Shown piece after piece: positions 19,806-29,348 of a stretch of 64,000 nt of DNA (position 1 is the first letter of the stretch; every line of letters starts with the position of its first letter). The notes beneath the pieces are model-generated. The model saw only the letters and a list, made by a program, of their open reading frames with translations. It was not told where the DNA came from and made no database searches. The position numbers and the translations under genes are program-made. Source of the stretch: a virus. The stretch lies in IMG/VR virus record IMGVR_UViG_3300047409_000248, positions 1 through 64,000 of that record. The stretch is one strand, 5' to 3'.

Positions 19806-20031
19806 AGTGTTTCCCTCTTTGTATAAATCGAATAGCGCTAGCCGATATAGTTACCGCAACTATTCTCTATGCCTGACTGGGAGCGACCCACTTGGTGCAC
19901 CAATCTATATCGCAGGGTTAGTGGCGGCGCGTTGGAAAGGAACCGAGCCTTTCTCGGGGAATGTCCTCAGGTTACATTCCGACTGTCATCTCTCCCGGCT
20001 TTTCCTCCCCCGGGACGGCCTTGCGCCAAAC

Positions 20032-20466
20032 TTATTCAGTGCTGAATTCCCGCACGCCTTCTATCAGATGATAGGGCGGACGCTTGTTCTTTACCACCTT
20101 CTTCTTTCCGTTGGGCGCCTTGGTCTTACTTTGCGTTTTTCCAGAACCACGGTGCGAAGGCTGCATCGGAGATAGCACATATACTCCGGGCATGAAATTG
20201 GTGCCACGATCAAACGCGACAATCTCCAGCCGCATGCTTTCAGGTGTATGATACCGAAACCACTTGTTCCTCACCTTCAAATAGGTTCGGCTTTTGTAGA
20301 CACGAACCGAAGTACATTTCGGTACCTGCCGCAAGCAAGCTCTGGCAGCGGCGCAACTGGAAGGCTCTTTAGACTTTCCAGCATTGATATCCTGACGGCT
20401 GATCTCGATCACAACGCGTGACTTTGCGTCATGAACCGGCATCCCGTCGATCTTCAAATTCTTCAT
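20032..20466 (-). CDS. Hypothetical protein
   Basis: AGAGGGAA SD; first gene after a TTGACA promoter candidate. Confidence 0.65.
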   Translation of the reverse strand: MKNLKIDGMPVHDAKSRVVIEISRQDINAGKSKEPSSCAAARACLRQVPKCTSVRVYKSRTYLKVRNKWFRYHTPESMRLEIVAFDRGTNFMPGVYVLSPMQPSHRGSGKTQSKTKAPNGKKKVVKNKRPPYHLIEGVREFSTE

Positions 20467-20494
20467 CTAATTCCCTCTAAGTAAGGTTTCGATC

Positions 20495-20543
20495 CCACAC
20501 TAAATACACATTGGGTTTGGCATGTCAAGCCCAATTTGGGTTT
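20495..20543 (-). promoter_or_regulatory. Candidate sigma70 promoter (TTGACA) with overlapping CCCAA/TTGGG inverted repeats
   Basis: TTGACA at 20523-20528 on the minus strand; palindromic CCCAATTTGGG. Confidence 0.45.
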
Positions 20544-20648
20544 AAGGGCAATAGCCATCCAGCCAGCATCCTAATTGTACAGTAGCGATCAGAAGAAAGA
20601 GAATTCCCAGCGCAACAATCAAAGTGCCGCCAAATGTAGTGTTGCGGA

Positions 20649-21035
20649 TCATTTGGGCTTTCCATCTGTCGATGTGTCCGAGTGGGTACCAGCCCCGCCG
20701 AGATCCAACGTCACCGATGGATCACTCTCTCCCGAGGGTAGAGAGCCTATGCGAAGCGGGGCTGATTGTGGTGTCGATGAGAGCGCAACAGCGACGAGCA
20801 CCTGTTGCAGGATCATGTCCTTGTAGGCCACATCATTTGTGATGAGCGCGGTTTCTATCCGGGCGAGACAAGCATCATCTAGCGGTCTTTGGGCATGACC
20901 GGCAAACTTCTGTAGGTAATGAGCGGCTTCACCTAGAGCATTTCGAACGTCAGCGCTGGGCATATCCTCTTGCAGATAGATCAGCGCCTGCGCCAACTCA
21001 TTCAGTCTCGCGGTCTCAGGAGAAATCTGGTTCAT
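20649..21035 (-). CDS. Hypothetical protein
   Basis: AGAGGGAAA SD. Confidence 0.55.
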   Translation of the reverse strand: MNQISPETARLNELAQALIYLQEDMPSADVRNALGEAAHYLQKFAGHAQRPLDDACLARIETALITNDVAYKDMILQQVLVAVALSSTPQSAPLRIGSLPSGESDPSVTLDLGGAGTHSDTSTDGKPK

Positions 21036-21108
21036 TTCATTTCCCTCTTGTGTTGATCGTCAGTATACATTATGGGTATTGGTAGAGGCTTGGCAAGAGG
21101 ATATTAGC

Positions 21109-21306
21109 ATGCGACTTCGCGAATGGATGGATAAGACAAATACGGATGTTCTGAAGTTCGCAGAATTAACCGGATCATCAGTGCATACTGTAAAGAAGTG
21201 GCTGAAGAACCGAGAAAAAGACGGTAGAACACCAAGACCAGCCATGCAGGCCAAGATAAGGGCCGTAACCAAAGGTGATGTAATGCCCAATGATTGGGTG
21301 GCATAA
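21109..21306 (+). CDS. Cro-like HTH regulator
   Basis: MRLREWM...FAELTGSSVHTVKKW...RTPRP...I...TKGDVMPNDW. Confidence 0.8.
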   Translation: MRLREWMDKTNTDVLKFAELTGSSVHTVKKWLKNREKDGRTPRPAMQAKIRAVTKGDVMPNDWVA

Positions 21307-21824
21307 TGGCCGCCAAGGGCTCCAAGGGAGTATACTACGGCGATACGCCGTGGAACGAACGCACAATTAGTCATTTGAAATTATGGTGGGAACAAGGTTT
21401 AACGGCCACTGAGATTTCTATAAAGTTCTCTGAGATGGAGTATTCTATTACCAGAAACGCGGTAATAGGTAAGGCGCACAGGATGAGCTTCAAGCAGCCC
21501 CCACGGGGTATTTCCCCCAAGGCGCCACGACAGCGCCCCCGGAAGCGGATCATTTTGCCGCCAGCGGACCCGCGCGCCAAGGTCTGGTCCAGCAAGAAGA
21601 CCAAACTGCCCACCATCATCCAGACTAATATTCTGGATATGGACAACCCGGGCATCTCGATCATGGAGCTTCGAGATGATACCTGCCACGCCATTGTGCG
21701 GGACGGTACCTTCAACGCGCTTGCTACATACTGCGGTGTGAAGACGGAAGATAAAAGTTCTTACTGCCCAGCCCATGCTGAGCTTTTCTATCAGCCGCCT
21801 CAGGAACGTTCCCGTAGGCGCTAA
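21306..21824 (+). CDS. gcrA: GcrA-family cell-cycle regulator homologue
   Basis: W....LKLWWEQGLTATEIS...TRNAVIGKAHRM and SIMEL...C...YCG...SYCPAH...YQP. Confidence 0.9.
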   Translation: MAAKGSKGVYYGDTPWNERTISHLKLWWEQGLTATEISIKFSEMEYSITRNAVIGKAHRMSFKQPPRGISPKAPRQRPRKRIILPPADPRAKVWSSKKTKLPTIIQTNILDMDNPGISIMELRDDTCHAIVRDGTFNALATYCGVKTEDKSSYCPAHAELFYQPPQERSRRR

Positions 21825-21915
21825 CGAGGCAGAGAAACGGCGGCTCGTTAATGGGGTTTACTCCGCGTCGTGACAGGTAGGAAAGACTCCCAACCCATCC
21901 TCAAAGGAACCATCC

Positions 21916-22380
21916 ATGCCCATTTCTCTCGGCGAGAAGACGACATCCATATTCAGTCAGTTACCGCTGGCATCCCTGAACAAACCTAACGGTTTATGCA
22001 CGTCTATCGTGGATGTGGATACGACTGACTTCGCGCCGGGGTGGTACAGCTTTTCAGGGAATTTCATGATCGCGGTATGGATTGGCCACGTCATGTACAC
22101 GCATCACATCGATATCGGAACCAGCCTGACGCCAGAGACTGCGCCAGCGGGCGGGGCTGGATTGGGCAACCACGATCCGGTTCAAGGCGATGCTGGCCCC
22201 GGAGGCAATGCGGTGACACTGCTTAAGCCGGTTGGTACCCGCCTCATCAAGATCGATAACCCGGGCATCCAGCATGTCTATCTACGCGCCCAAGTATACC
22301 ATAACGGCGCTAACATCGATGGCACCAATGCCTGTTATGGGTCTGGCTGCCTGAACTGGCACAAGATCGCGGAACTTTAA
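21916..22380 (+). CDS. Hypothetical beta-rich protein
   Basis: AAAGGA SD; clean ORF. Confidence 0.6.
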   Translation: MPISLGEKTTSIFSQLPLASLNKPNGLCTSIVDVDTTDFAPGWYSFSGNFMIAVWIGHVMYTHHIDIGTSLTPETAPAGGAGLGNHDPVQGDAGPGGNAVTLLKPVGTRLIKIDNPGIQHVYLRAQVYHNGANIDGTNACYGSGCLNWHKIAEL

Positions 22381-22590
22381 TATAATAGGACGCTCTTCGC
22401 CCCTAAGCAGCCTGATTAATTCCATAATTTCTTCTTCATCGCTCATCTGGGTTCCCTCCTTATTTGGAAGCCCAGATTTGGCATGTCCAGAGATTTAAGT
22501 CTGAGCAATATTGCTCAACAGCCCCTACAAATATCAGGAGGCTTGGCAGGAAAGGGCGGCAAGTCATCCACTTGGCTGGGATGATCCCGG

Positions 22591-23034
22591 CTATTTACTA
22601 CCTTTGAGGAGTTGAAAGTTGGAACCTTGAATGATCCCTAGCCCTCCCCCGAACAAGGCCCGTTCCGCGACCACCAAGATCGCAATTAGAGCAAGTGCTC
22701 CAATGACATACTTTATGGGTACAGAGAGATTACCGGGCGCCAAGAAATCTATCACCATGTAGATGATATATAAAACCACCATCACTACGATAAGACCGAT
22801 AGCGAACTCGATTACAGCTACTGGCGTAATGGCCATGACGCCGCCGCCGCCAAATAAAACGCCTTTTATAGCAACCAGAAAGACCAATAGTGCAGTGCCG
22901 CCAACAGCATATCTGGCAATCAGCTTGAAGCGTTCGTCTGGCGCGATGAAGTCCAAGGCGAGAAAAATCAGGTAAACAATTATACACAACCCGACTACGG
23001 CTATCAGAAAGTCCATCAAGCCTGAGCCTGTCAT
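22591..23034 (-). CDS. Four-TM membrane protein with internal duplication
   Basis: Two repeats of YxIxxxxDFxAP. Confidence 0.7.
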   Translation of the reverse strand: MTGSGLMDFLIAVVGLCIIVYLIFLALDFIAPDERFKLIARYAVGGTALLVFLVAIKGVLFGGGGVMAITPVAVIEFAIGLIVVMVVLYIIYMVIDFLAPGNLSVPIKYVIGALALIAILVVAERALFGGGLGIIQGSNFQLLKGSK

Positions 23035-23075
23035 GGCGCATTCCCTCCGGGGGTGAAACTGTATAACAATACACC

Positions 23076-23456
23076 ATGGACCCGAAAAGTTCCCGTATCA
23101 CTTTGGACCTCTCCCTTCCACCCAGCGTCAACCGTTTGTGGAAGGTCAGCAATGGCAAGCTGTATCGCTCTCCGCAGTACATGCAATGGCTCAAGACGGC
23201 TGGGGTAGAACTTATCAGCCAAAAGCCCAAACTACCCTGCAAAGCCATCTCTGGCCCTTACAGCATGATCCTGAGATTGAAGCTAGGCGGCGCTAGCGAT
23301 CTGGACAATCGCATCAAGGCTGTGTCCGACCTGCTACAGGCGCACCAAATTATTCAGAACGATAATCTTTGTAGAAAGCTACTTGTGCTTTGGGATGAAA
23401 ATCTACCAGTAGCGTGCAGGGTGACGATTAGATCAATCCCTAGCCGTATTGACTGA
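23076..23456 (+). CDS. rusA: RusA-like Holliday junction resolvase
   Basis: PPSVNRLW...DLDNRIKAVSDLL...IIQND. Confidence 0.85.
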   Translation: MDPKSSRITLDLSLPPSVNRLWKVSNGKLYRSPQYMQWLKTAGVELISQKPKLPCKAISGPYSMILRLKLGGASDLDNRIKAVSDLLQAHQIIQNDNLCRKLLVLWDENLPVACRVTIRSIPSRID

Positions 23457-23638
23457 CGCATATCTGTCATGCAGAATTCGCATATCAGACGAGCGGCTTC
23501 AGAAATGAAGCGGCCCCCGGTGCGGAGGGAAATCACACACCGAGGGCCAAACGCAAGTCGCGGGATACGGAAGCGCGCCCTGCTTACTGGGTAATATACC
23601 TAGTCGCATTCCGTTCCACAAGAGAGGATACGGAATGT

Positions 23639-24409
23639 ATGTCTGATATCTCCCAAAAGCTTTTTGAAATCGCCAGCATCGATCCGACCAGTTCCATTGG
23701 AATTGCTGTCAAGCAGCTTGCTGAGATGCAGGCAAAAGAGGAGCACAGAAAGGCTTCCCAAAGGGAGCGAACTAGGCGCTGCGTGGCCAAGGCAAACGTT
23801 AGCCTAACGGTGTGTGAGCCTAACGTTAGTTTAACGGTGGAGGCTGAAAACACCAATAAAATCAATACAGGAGACCGTTATCCTAACGTCGATGAGGTAT
23901 ATATATATAATACTATCCCTAGTAATAGTGTATTAGTAGTAGAAGAAAGTAAGAAAGAAGGAAGTAAGAAGAAGAGAGTAATATCGCGCGCGCGCGAGGC
24001 TGAGTTCCAGATCGAATTCGATGGAACAATCTGGCCAATGTACCCCAACAAGGTTTCAAAAAAAGACTCGCTGAAAGCATATTGCGCTGCACGCGAGAAG
24101 GTTCCCCTCCAGACCATTGCGGATGGTCTCCAGCGCTACATCTCCACAAAACCAGAATACCAAGATTGGTCGCACCTAGCGACATGGCTCAACAAGGAGC
24201 GATGGGAGGATGTCCAGAATGCCAACAGAGCTAACAAAACCAGAACCATGGCAGTTGCCCATTCGACTAGCGGAAGTGGCATGTTGGCCGCTCTGGGTAG
24301 AGGAGCGGCGCGTGTCCTTGAAGACGGTTTATCGAAACGGAGCGAAGATACCCCCGGCGTTTTTGCCTTCCCACCTATTGCCCACGCCAGAACAGCGAGC
24401 CGAAATTGA
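23639..24409 (+). CDS. Replication initiator-like protein
   Basis: WPMYPNKVSKKDS..AY...HLATWLNKERWED C-terminal domain; internal iterons. Confidence 0.75.
   Translation: MSDISQKLFEIASIDPTSSIGIAVKQLAEMQAKEEHRKASQRERTRRCVAKANVSLTVCEPNVSLTVEAENTNKINTGDRYPNVDEVYIYNTIPSNSVLVVEESKKEGSKKKRVISRAREAEFQIEFDGTIWPMYPNKVSKKDSLKAYCAAREKVPLQTIADGLQRYISTKPEYQDWSHLATWLNKERWEDVQNANRANKTRTMAVAHSTSGSGMLAALGRGAARVLEDGLSKRSEDTPGVFAFPPIAHARTASRN
23796..23960. repeat. Three CGTTA-NNN-TAACG iterons followed by an AT/purine-rich tract (candidate origin)
   Basis: 16-mers at 23796-23811, 23823-23838 and inverted at 23874-23889; then TATATATATATAATACTAT. Confidence 0.6.
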
Positions 24410-24854
24410 AAAATTCAGACAACATATCCTGACTAGGTTCCCGATGTATCTTGGCCCAGAGAGCGCTGCCAAGACTATGGCCACTATATCCAAGATGATC
24501 ATGGTGCTTGCTAGTAAGTCTGGTGGGGATGACGCTATGGAAGCTAGGGGAGAAGCCTACATGATGGCGCTGGAAGATATCCAATCATGGGCTGTAGAAG
24601 AGGCTGCGCGGAAGTGGTATCGCGGGGAATATGGATCAGAATATGATTATAAGTGGATGCCTGACCCAGCTACAATTCGATCTCTTGCCCATCAAGAGGC
24701 TTATAAAGTTCGTTCTGCCTTAGTGCTGGCAATCGATATTGGACTCGCCCAACCTCTTTTGGAAGAGCCGGATTACAGCGATGAATATCGCGCTAAAATG
24801 CTTGAGAAGCTTTCTCATCTAAAATTAGATTTAAAGGATAGTGAGATAAACTAA
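24210..24854 (+). CDS. Replication accessory (helicase-loader-like) protein
   Basis: Follows the initiator; AY..ALED...WAVEEA.RKW...KWMP.PA. Confidence 0.6.
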   Translation: MSRMPTELTKPEPWQLPIRLAEVACWPLWVEERRVSLKTVYRNGAKIPPAFLPSHLLPTPEQRAEIEKFRQHILTRFPMYLGPESAAKTMATISKMIMVLASKSGGDDAMEARGEAYMMALEDIQSWAVEEAARKWYRGEYGSEYDYKWMPDPATIRSLAHQEAYKVRSALVLAIDIGLAQPLLEEPDYSDEYRAKMLEKLSHLKLDLKDSEIN

Positions 24855-25084
24855 TGAAATATTATACAGGACCGATCGAAGAAGTTCGCCCCGGAGATAT
24901 ATTAACCGCTGAGCGCCAGCTTGAATATCGTGAATATATGGCCAAGAAACATAATATGAAAAATATTAAACTGTGGGGACCTAACGAGACCTACAAGGAT
25001 AGCGGCGCTAGACCTTTCGCCGTTAATATCTCTCCTGCTAAGCCTCTTCCTAAACAACCAGAAGAACCTAACCCGTTTGAATGA
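24854..25084 (+). CDS. Hypothetical protein ending PNPFE
   Basis: TAATG coupling. Confidence 0.55.
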   Translation: MKYYTGPIEEVRPGDILTAERQLEYREYMAKKHNMKNIKLWGPNETYKDSGARPFAVNISPAKPLPKQPEEPNPFE

Positions 25085-25340
25085 ATTCCATGGCGCTGGT
25101 GATTTCTTCTTCCGAGAAATCGCTAGGAGTTTCAGCCCGGCCATACCAAGGCCTGTCAATTGTCCAATCTGGAGCTTGATACATCACTGTCCAGCCATTA
25201 CCTAAATCCTCGCAATGCCGCATACTGCCTTCTGGCAGTATGGTATCCAAAGCGTACAATCTCTTTCCATCCTTTGAGACTTTGTGTGCATATCTCTGGT
25301 TCATGGTAGAAATTCGATTGATGATCCATTCTTCAACCAT
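25068..25340 (-). CDS. Small protein with acidic C-terminal tag
   Basis: Ends DFSEEEITSAMEFIQTG. Confidence 0.65.
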   Translation of the reverse strand: MVEEWIINRISTMNQRYAHKVSKDGKRLYALDTILPEGSMRHCEDLGNGWTVMYQAPDWTIDRPWYGRAETPSDFSEEEITSAMEFIQTG

Positions 25341-25809
25341 TGATTATCTCCATGGCGCGTTCAATACCTTCTTCGGTAAAGCCATCATCAGTGATTACTA
25401 CACCCCATGGAAATACATCATGCGCCGTTAATGCCTTCTCTGAGTTCTCAAATTCAAACATTGTTGGGGTTTCTAATCTAGTTGCAAACTGATATGGATG
25501 ATGTCTGTTATTATGACCCGATATCTGTACCTGTGTGAGAACAATCATTCTCCCGCGCGGAGTCATGACTTCCTTATGATCCCAATATTGGGTATTGCGA
25601 GGAATTTTCTCCCAATCCTCCGGGATATCCCAGATACGATTGGGGTCATTAATATCGCCATAGATGAACACTAGAACCCAGTGTTTTCGCCCATCCGGTC
25701 CCATCACCACATAGCTGCGCTCGATTACTGCGTGGTTTATCCTTTCCATGTTAGAAACAAATGCAGTTTCTTCTGGCGTGAGATGTATTGGATGTAGGAT
25801 TGTGCTCAT
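25333..25809 (-). CDS. Protein with acidic C-terminal tag
   Basis: Ends GFTEEGIERAMEIING. Confidence 0.65.
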   Translation of the reverse strand: MSTILHPIHLTPEETAFVSNMERINHAVIERSYVVMGPDGRKHWVLVFIYGDINDPNRIWDIPEDWEKIPRNTQYWDHKEVMTPRGRMIVLTQVQISGHNNRHHPYQFATRLETPTMFEFENSEKALTAHDVFPWGVVITDDGFTEEGIERAMEIING

Positions 25810-25873
25810 AACGGCCCCTGTAGTATCCTGCTGCCTAGATAAACCCAGATTGTGTCACTATCAAGGATGATCC

Positions 25874-26377
25874 ATGGGAGTGCTTCGTAACATAGACGAT
25901 GAACGGTTCTGCCAACTGGTAGTCTCAGGCCGCGACCCCGCAGATGCCTATACCGACACTGGAGGGCTGTCCAAGAACCCTAGCTACGCCGCCGATCGCA
26001 AGATGCGAAAGCTGGTCATCCGGAAGCGGCTGGAGGAATTACTCGACGTAGGGGCTCGCAAGGCCATGCTGAGCCGGTCCCAGATACTCCAGAGGATGGT
26101 GGAAGATTGGGATTTGTCTCGAAAGCTAGGTCAAATGGCAGCCGCAGCAACAAATGCAAAATTAATAGGGATGGAGACTCATAAAATGTTCGTTGAACGC
26201 AAGGAGATAGGAGGTGCTGGGGATTTTGATCAAAAAACCGCCACAGAGTTGTTAGAGTTTATCAAACATGAGATTTCAGAGCTTGGCCTTGGCGCTGAAG
26301 AGATCAAACAACTTGGTATAAATATTGAACCCAATGTCACCATCTTGCCTCCATTGAAGAAGACTGGTACGGAATGA
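25874..26377 (+). CDS. terS: Terminase small subunit
   Basis: ERFCQLVVSG....DAY...G.....AADR...IRKRLEEL N-terminal HTH; helical hairpin; KLIG...KMFVER tail. Confidence 0.75.
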   Translation: MGVLRNIDDERFCQLVVSGRDPADAYTDTGGLSKNPSYAADRKMRKLVIRKRLEELLDVGARKAMLSRSQILQRMVEDWDLSRKLGQMAAAATNAKLIGMETHKMFVERKEIGGAGDFDQKTATELLEFIKHEISELGLGAEEIKQLGINIEPNVTILPPLKKTGTE

Positions 26378-26916
26378 AAAAATGCTCATGTTGCCAAATA
26401 CTTAAACAAGAAGATGAATTTTGGAGAGTTCGTAAAGGCCAACCAAAACTACAGAATAAGTGCAAGGCCTGTGGCACAGCCATGACGCGAGAATGGCGCC
26501 GTAAAAATCCAGAACGCAGCGCCGAACTTAGCATGTGGGCCAAGAAAAACCCAGATAAAGTTCGATCCAAGCTTCTCCTGAAGCTTTACGGCCTAACTCC
26601 CGCTGATTGGGATCGAATGTTGGCTGACCAAGATGGCGGCTGCGCCATTTGCGGCGATAATGAGCCAGCCAGAGGGTTCCACGTAGATCATTGTCATAAG
26701 ACTGGGCGCGTCCGTGGCTTGCTCTGCACCAACTGCAATCATGGTATTGGGAACTTTAGTGAGGACCCCAAGACGATCTTGGAAGCGGCCCGCTATGTCA
26801 TGAGGGACCAGCTTATCAAGCTAGATGCGCCGGTTCCAATGGATGATAACCAAGCCGCAGAATTCCTGCGAGATATAGAAGAGGGAAGAGCCATTCCGGT
26901 TGTGAAGAGGAACTAG
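26374..26916 (+). CDS. Endonuclease VII-type HNH
   Basis: YGLT..W..M...Q.G.CAIC...HVDHCHKTGRVRGLLCTNCN.GIG. Confidence 0.9.
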   Translation: MKKCSCCQILKQEDEFWRVRKGQPKLQNKCKACGTAMTREWRRKNPERSAELSMWAKKNPDKVRSKLLLKLYGLTPADWDRMLADQDGGCAICGDNEPARGFHVDHCHKTGRVRGLLCTNCNHGIGNFSEDPKTILEAARYVMRDQLIKLDAPVPMDDNQAAEFLRDIEEGRAIPVVKRN

Positions 26917-27188
26917 CTTTCTATAAATTCTATTGCCTTGGTGATATCTTCCTCGTTGAATTCTTCCTGAGATAATTCAGCAATTAAATCCTCAGGAAAT
27001 GTACCATTCCATCTATTCCATTCAGGAGACGCATTATCGGGGTATCGATGCGTGGAATACCATTTATTTATTCCTTCTATGGTTACTAAGAACCAACCAC
27101 GTTTGGTTTTGTACCAAGTCTGTTCTTGGTGGTTCCACGAAGATAAATCCTCTTCTCCCGTCAAATCCCATACGCCTTCATAGTTCAT
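26913..27188 (-). CDS. Small protein with acidic C-terminal tag
   Basis: Ends EFNEEDITKAIEFIES. Confidence 0.65.
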   Translation of the reverse strand: MNYEGVWDLTGEEDLSSWNHQEQTWYKTKRGWFLVTIEGINKWYSTHRYPDNASPEWNRWNGTFPEDLIAELSQEEFNEEDITKAIEFIES

Positions 27189-27553
27189 GATCTTTCCTCC
27201 TCTATTTCATCCATGATGATCTGAGCCAACTCGATATCTTCCTCATCGAATTCTGGCGTCATGAAAGATGACGGCGCAATGATGTGCGGCGCTATGTAAC
27301 TATCCCAGAACGTTGGGGGTATTCCCTCCACTTTTGGTTCTCCAACAGCACCACCATCATAGAGTTCAGTGGCCATGTATTCGTTAATAGCATTTGGGAC
27401 ATTATGCCTAAAGATGAGACCTTTTTTAGTTAGGTGTATGGAAATATACTCAGATGCGCAGCAAAATATTCTTGCATATTCTTCCACGCTTATATCACTC
27501 AGCAAATTCCATACCCTCTTCTCATCATCGAATATTGGATGATAGATGCTCAT
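27185..27553 (-). CDS. Small protein with acidic C-terminal tag
   Basis: AGAGGGAAA SD; ends EFDEEDIELAQIIMDEIEEERS. Confidence 0.7.
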   Translation of the reverse strand: MSIYHPIFDDEKRVWNLLSDISVEEYARIFCCASEYISIHLTKKGLIFRHNVPNAINEYMATELYDGGAVGEPKVEGIPPTFWDSYIAPHIIAPSSFMTPEFDEEDIELAQIIMDEIEEERS

Positions 27554-27577
27554 TGTGTTTCCCTCTTGTTGTCCTAT

Positions 27578-28066
27578 ATGGCCCTTACGATGCCTACAGG
27601 AATCAGAACAGCACCTCCCATTTATGGGAGGAAGATATGCGCCAAGTGTGGCGAAGAAAAGCCTATCGAGGATTTCTATAGAGAAAGAAATCCTTGCCGG
27701 GCTTGCCGCTATAAAGCCTCCAATGCATGGAGATTGAATAATCTAGAAAAAGTAGCGGCTCAAACGCGGGCATGGCACAAGCGTAATCCGGAACGTAGCA
27801 GCGATATGTATCGTCGCCGAAAATATAAAAATTTAGAGTGGGGTGATTTCGACCGGATGCTCAAGGAGCAAGATAGCAAGTGTGCCATTTGCGGTATAAC
27901 CGACCCAATGGGGCGTGGAGGTTTCCACATAGATCATTGCCATAAAACAGAAAAGATACGTGCGATACTTTGTCATAACTGCAACTTGGGAATAGGTAAT
28001 CTCCAGCACGACCCGCGTATTTTGCAGGCCGCGCTGGAGTATTTGTTGAAGCATAGCGACGAATGA
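27578..28066 (+). CDS. Endonuclease VII-type HNH (start uncertain)
   Basis: CAICG...HIDHCHKTEKIRAILCHNCNLGIG. Confidence 0.88.
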   Translation: MALTMPTGIRTAPPIYGRKICAKCGEEKPIEDFYRERNPCRACRYKASNAWRLNNLEKVAAQTRAWHKRNPERSSDMYRRRKYKNLEWGDFDRMLKEQDSKCAICGITDPMGRGGFHIDHCHKTEKIRAILCHNCNLGIGNLQHDPRILQAALEYLLKHSDE

Positions 28067-28068
28067 TT

Positions 28069-29280
28069 TTACTTGTAACTTACTGTCCTGCCATAGGGAG
28101 CTTTGGCGCCAGAGTTGGCCCAGTCTACCCAAACTACGGGAAACTCAGGCTGTGGACCAAAACTGGAGGTCATCATGTCCGTGAGGAAGATGCAGCCGAT
28201 GACATCGGACATCTCACCAACGGTCTTCATAGCGGTATCGAAGTTAGTCCCACCACCACCACCAGCATTCCAGCCCTTCAGGTCTTCTGAGGACTTGGCT
28301 TCCAGTGTGTTCTGGATGCGGGTATCCACAGAGATAAGCGTGACATGGTTGATCAGGTTCTGATCCAGAAGGCTTGCAGCCTCCTCGCACATTTCTTGGA
28401 TCATCTGCTGGCTGACTGAGCCAGAGACATCCAAGCACATGACCAGCTTGAACACCTTGTCATTTCCGTTCCCGGGAAAATATTCATCATTCCCAAGGCG
28501 GCGCCGGTTGGGCCGTGTCCAAACGCGAGTGGTGTTGGACTTGGCATCGCGAGACATATCCCGGATCAGGTCTTTCCAATCGATTTTCTCTTTCGGGAAA
28601 AGGTCTTGGATCAGACGCTGAAGATTACCGGGCATGGTACCGGGCGGGGATTTCTCGATAGCTCCCGCGACGGAATTCTTCCATTGGCGCTCGCCCTGTT
28701 CCTGTTCTTGCTCTGATGTCTCGTCAGAGAACATGGAGCCGGGCTTTTCTTGTTCTCCCTCTTGGCCCTCGCCTTCGCCTTCCCCGTCGCCATCTCCATC
28801 CTCAGGCTGGCCTTGACCCTGACCTTTGCCCTTCTGTTTCTGCTTCTGCTTTTCTTGTTTTTCTTCCTGCTGTTGCAGGAGTTCATAAACAGCCTCAGGT
28901 GATAGTTTGCTGAACTTATCATCCCTCAAAGCATCTTCAGGGAGCTTGAAATAGTCTTCCACGACCTTATTGGCCGGGAAAGAACAGGACTGGTTCCAGC
29001 GCTCCTCCTGACGATAGCGACGGCGGGAAACGTGCAACATCGCGCAATGCAGCACCGTCTTGAGCAGGATACCTTCCAGAAACTTGTCGGCTTCGCCATC
29101 TTCCACGAAATCAGGATTGTAAAAGATATCGATGCCGTTGGTCCAGACGGTTTGATGTTTCTTGCTCTCAATGATGTTTGCACCAAACAGGATTGATGCA
29201 AAGAACGGATTGCGCTTAGCCACGCGTTCCCGCGCTATAAGCATTCGTCGCATTGCAGTTGGTTTCAGAATGTTGAACAT
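28069..29280 (-). CDS. DUF2201-type metallopeptidase-like domain plus VWA domain
   Basis: TNG..IFYNPDF; VWA motifs DVSGS, GGGGTNF, FLTD; start ATG 29280 after AGAGGGAAA. Confidence 0.85.
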   Translation of the reverse strand: MFNILKPTAMRRMLIARERVAKRNPFFASILFGANIIESKKHQTVWTNGIDIFYNPDFVEDGEADKFLEGILLKTVLHCAMLHVSRRRYRQEERWNQSCSFPANKVVEDYFKLPEDALRDDKFSKLSPEAVYELLQQQEEKQEKQKQKQKGKGQGQGQPEDGDGDGEGEGEGQEGEQEKPGSMFSDETSEQEQEQGERQWKNSVAGAIEKSPPGTMPGNLQRLIQDLFPKEKIDWKDLIRDMSRDAKSNTTRVWTRPNRRRLGNDEYFPGNGNDKVFKLVMCLDVSGSVSQQMIQEMCEEAASLLDQNLINHVTLISVDTRIQNTLEAKSSEDLKGWNAGGGGGTNFDTAMKTVGEMSDVIGCIFLTDMMTSSFGPQPEFPVVWVDWANSGAKAPYGRTVSYK

Positions 29281-29348
29281 TGGTTTCCCTCTTTGAGCGA
29301 GATTGCTCAATACTGGAGTGGATTTCACCACTCCAGAGTTTAGCAATC

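Noticed and set aside
19922-20027. Canonical tRNA gene
   Set aside because: No TTC T-loop or GG D-loop and only a 5-bp acceptor-like stem; kept only as a tRNA-like candidate.
21822-21900. Hairpin plus GTGACAG...GGAAAGAC segment after gcrA as a known phage RNA motif
   Set aside because: Single degenerate copy; I cannot assign it to a family without a search.
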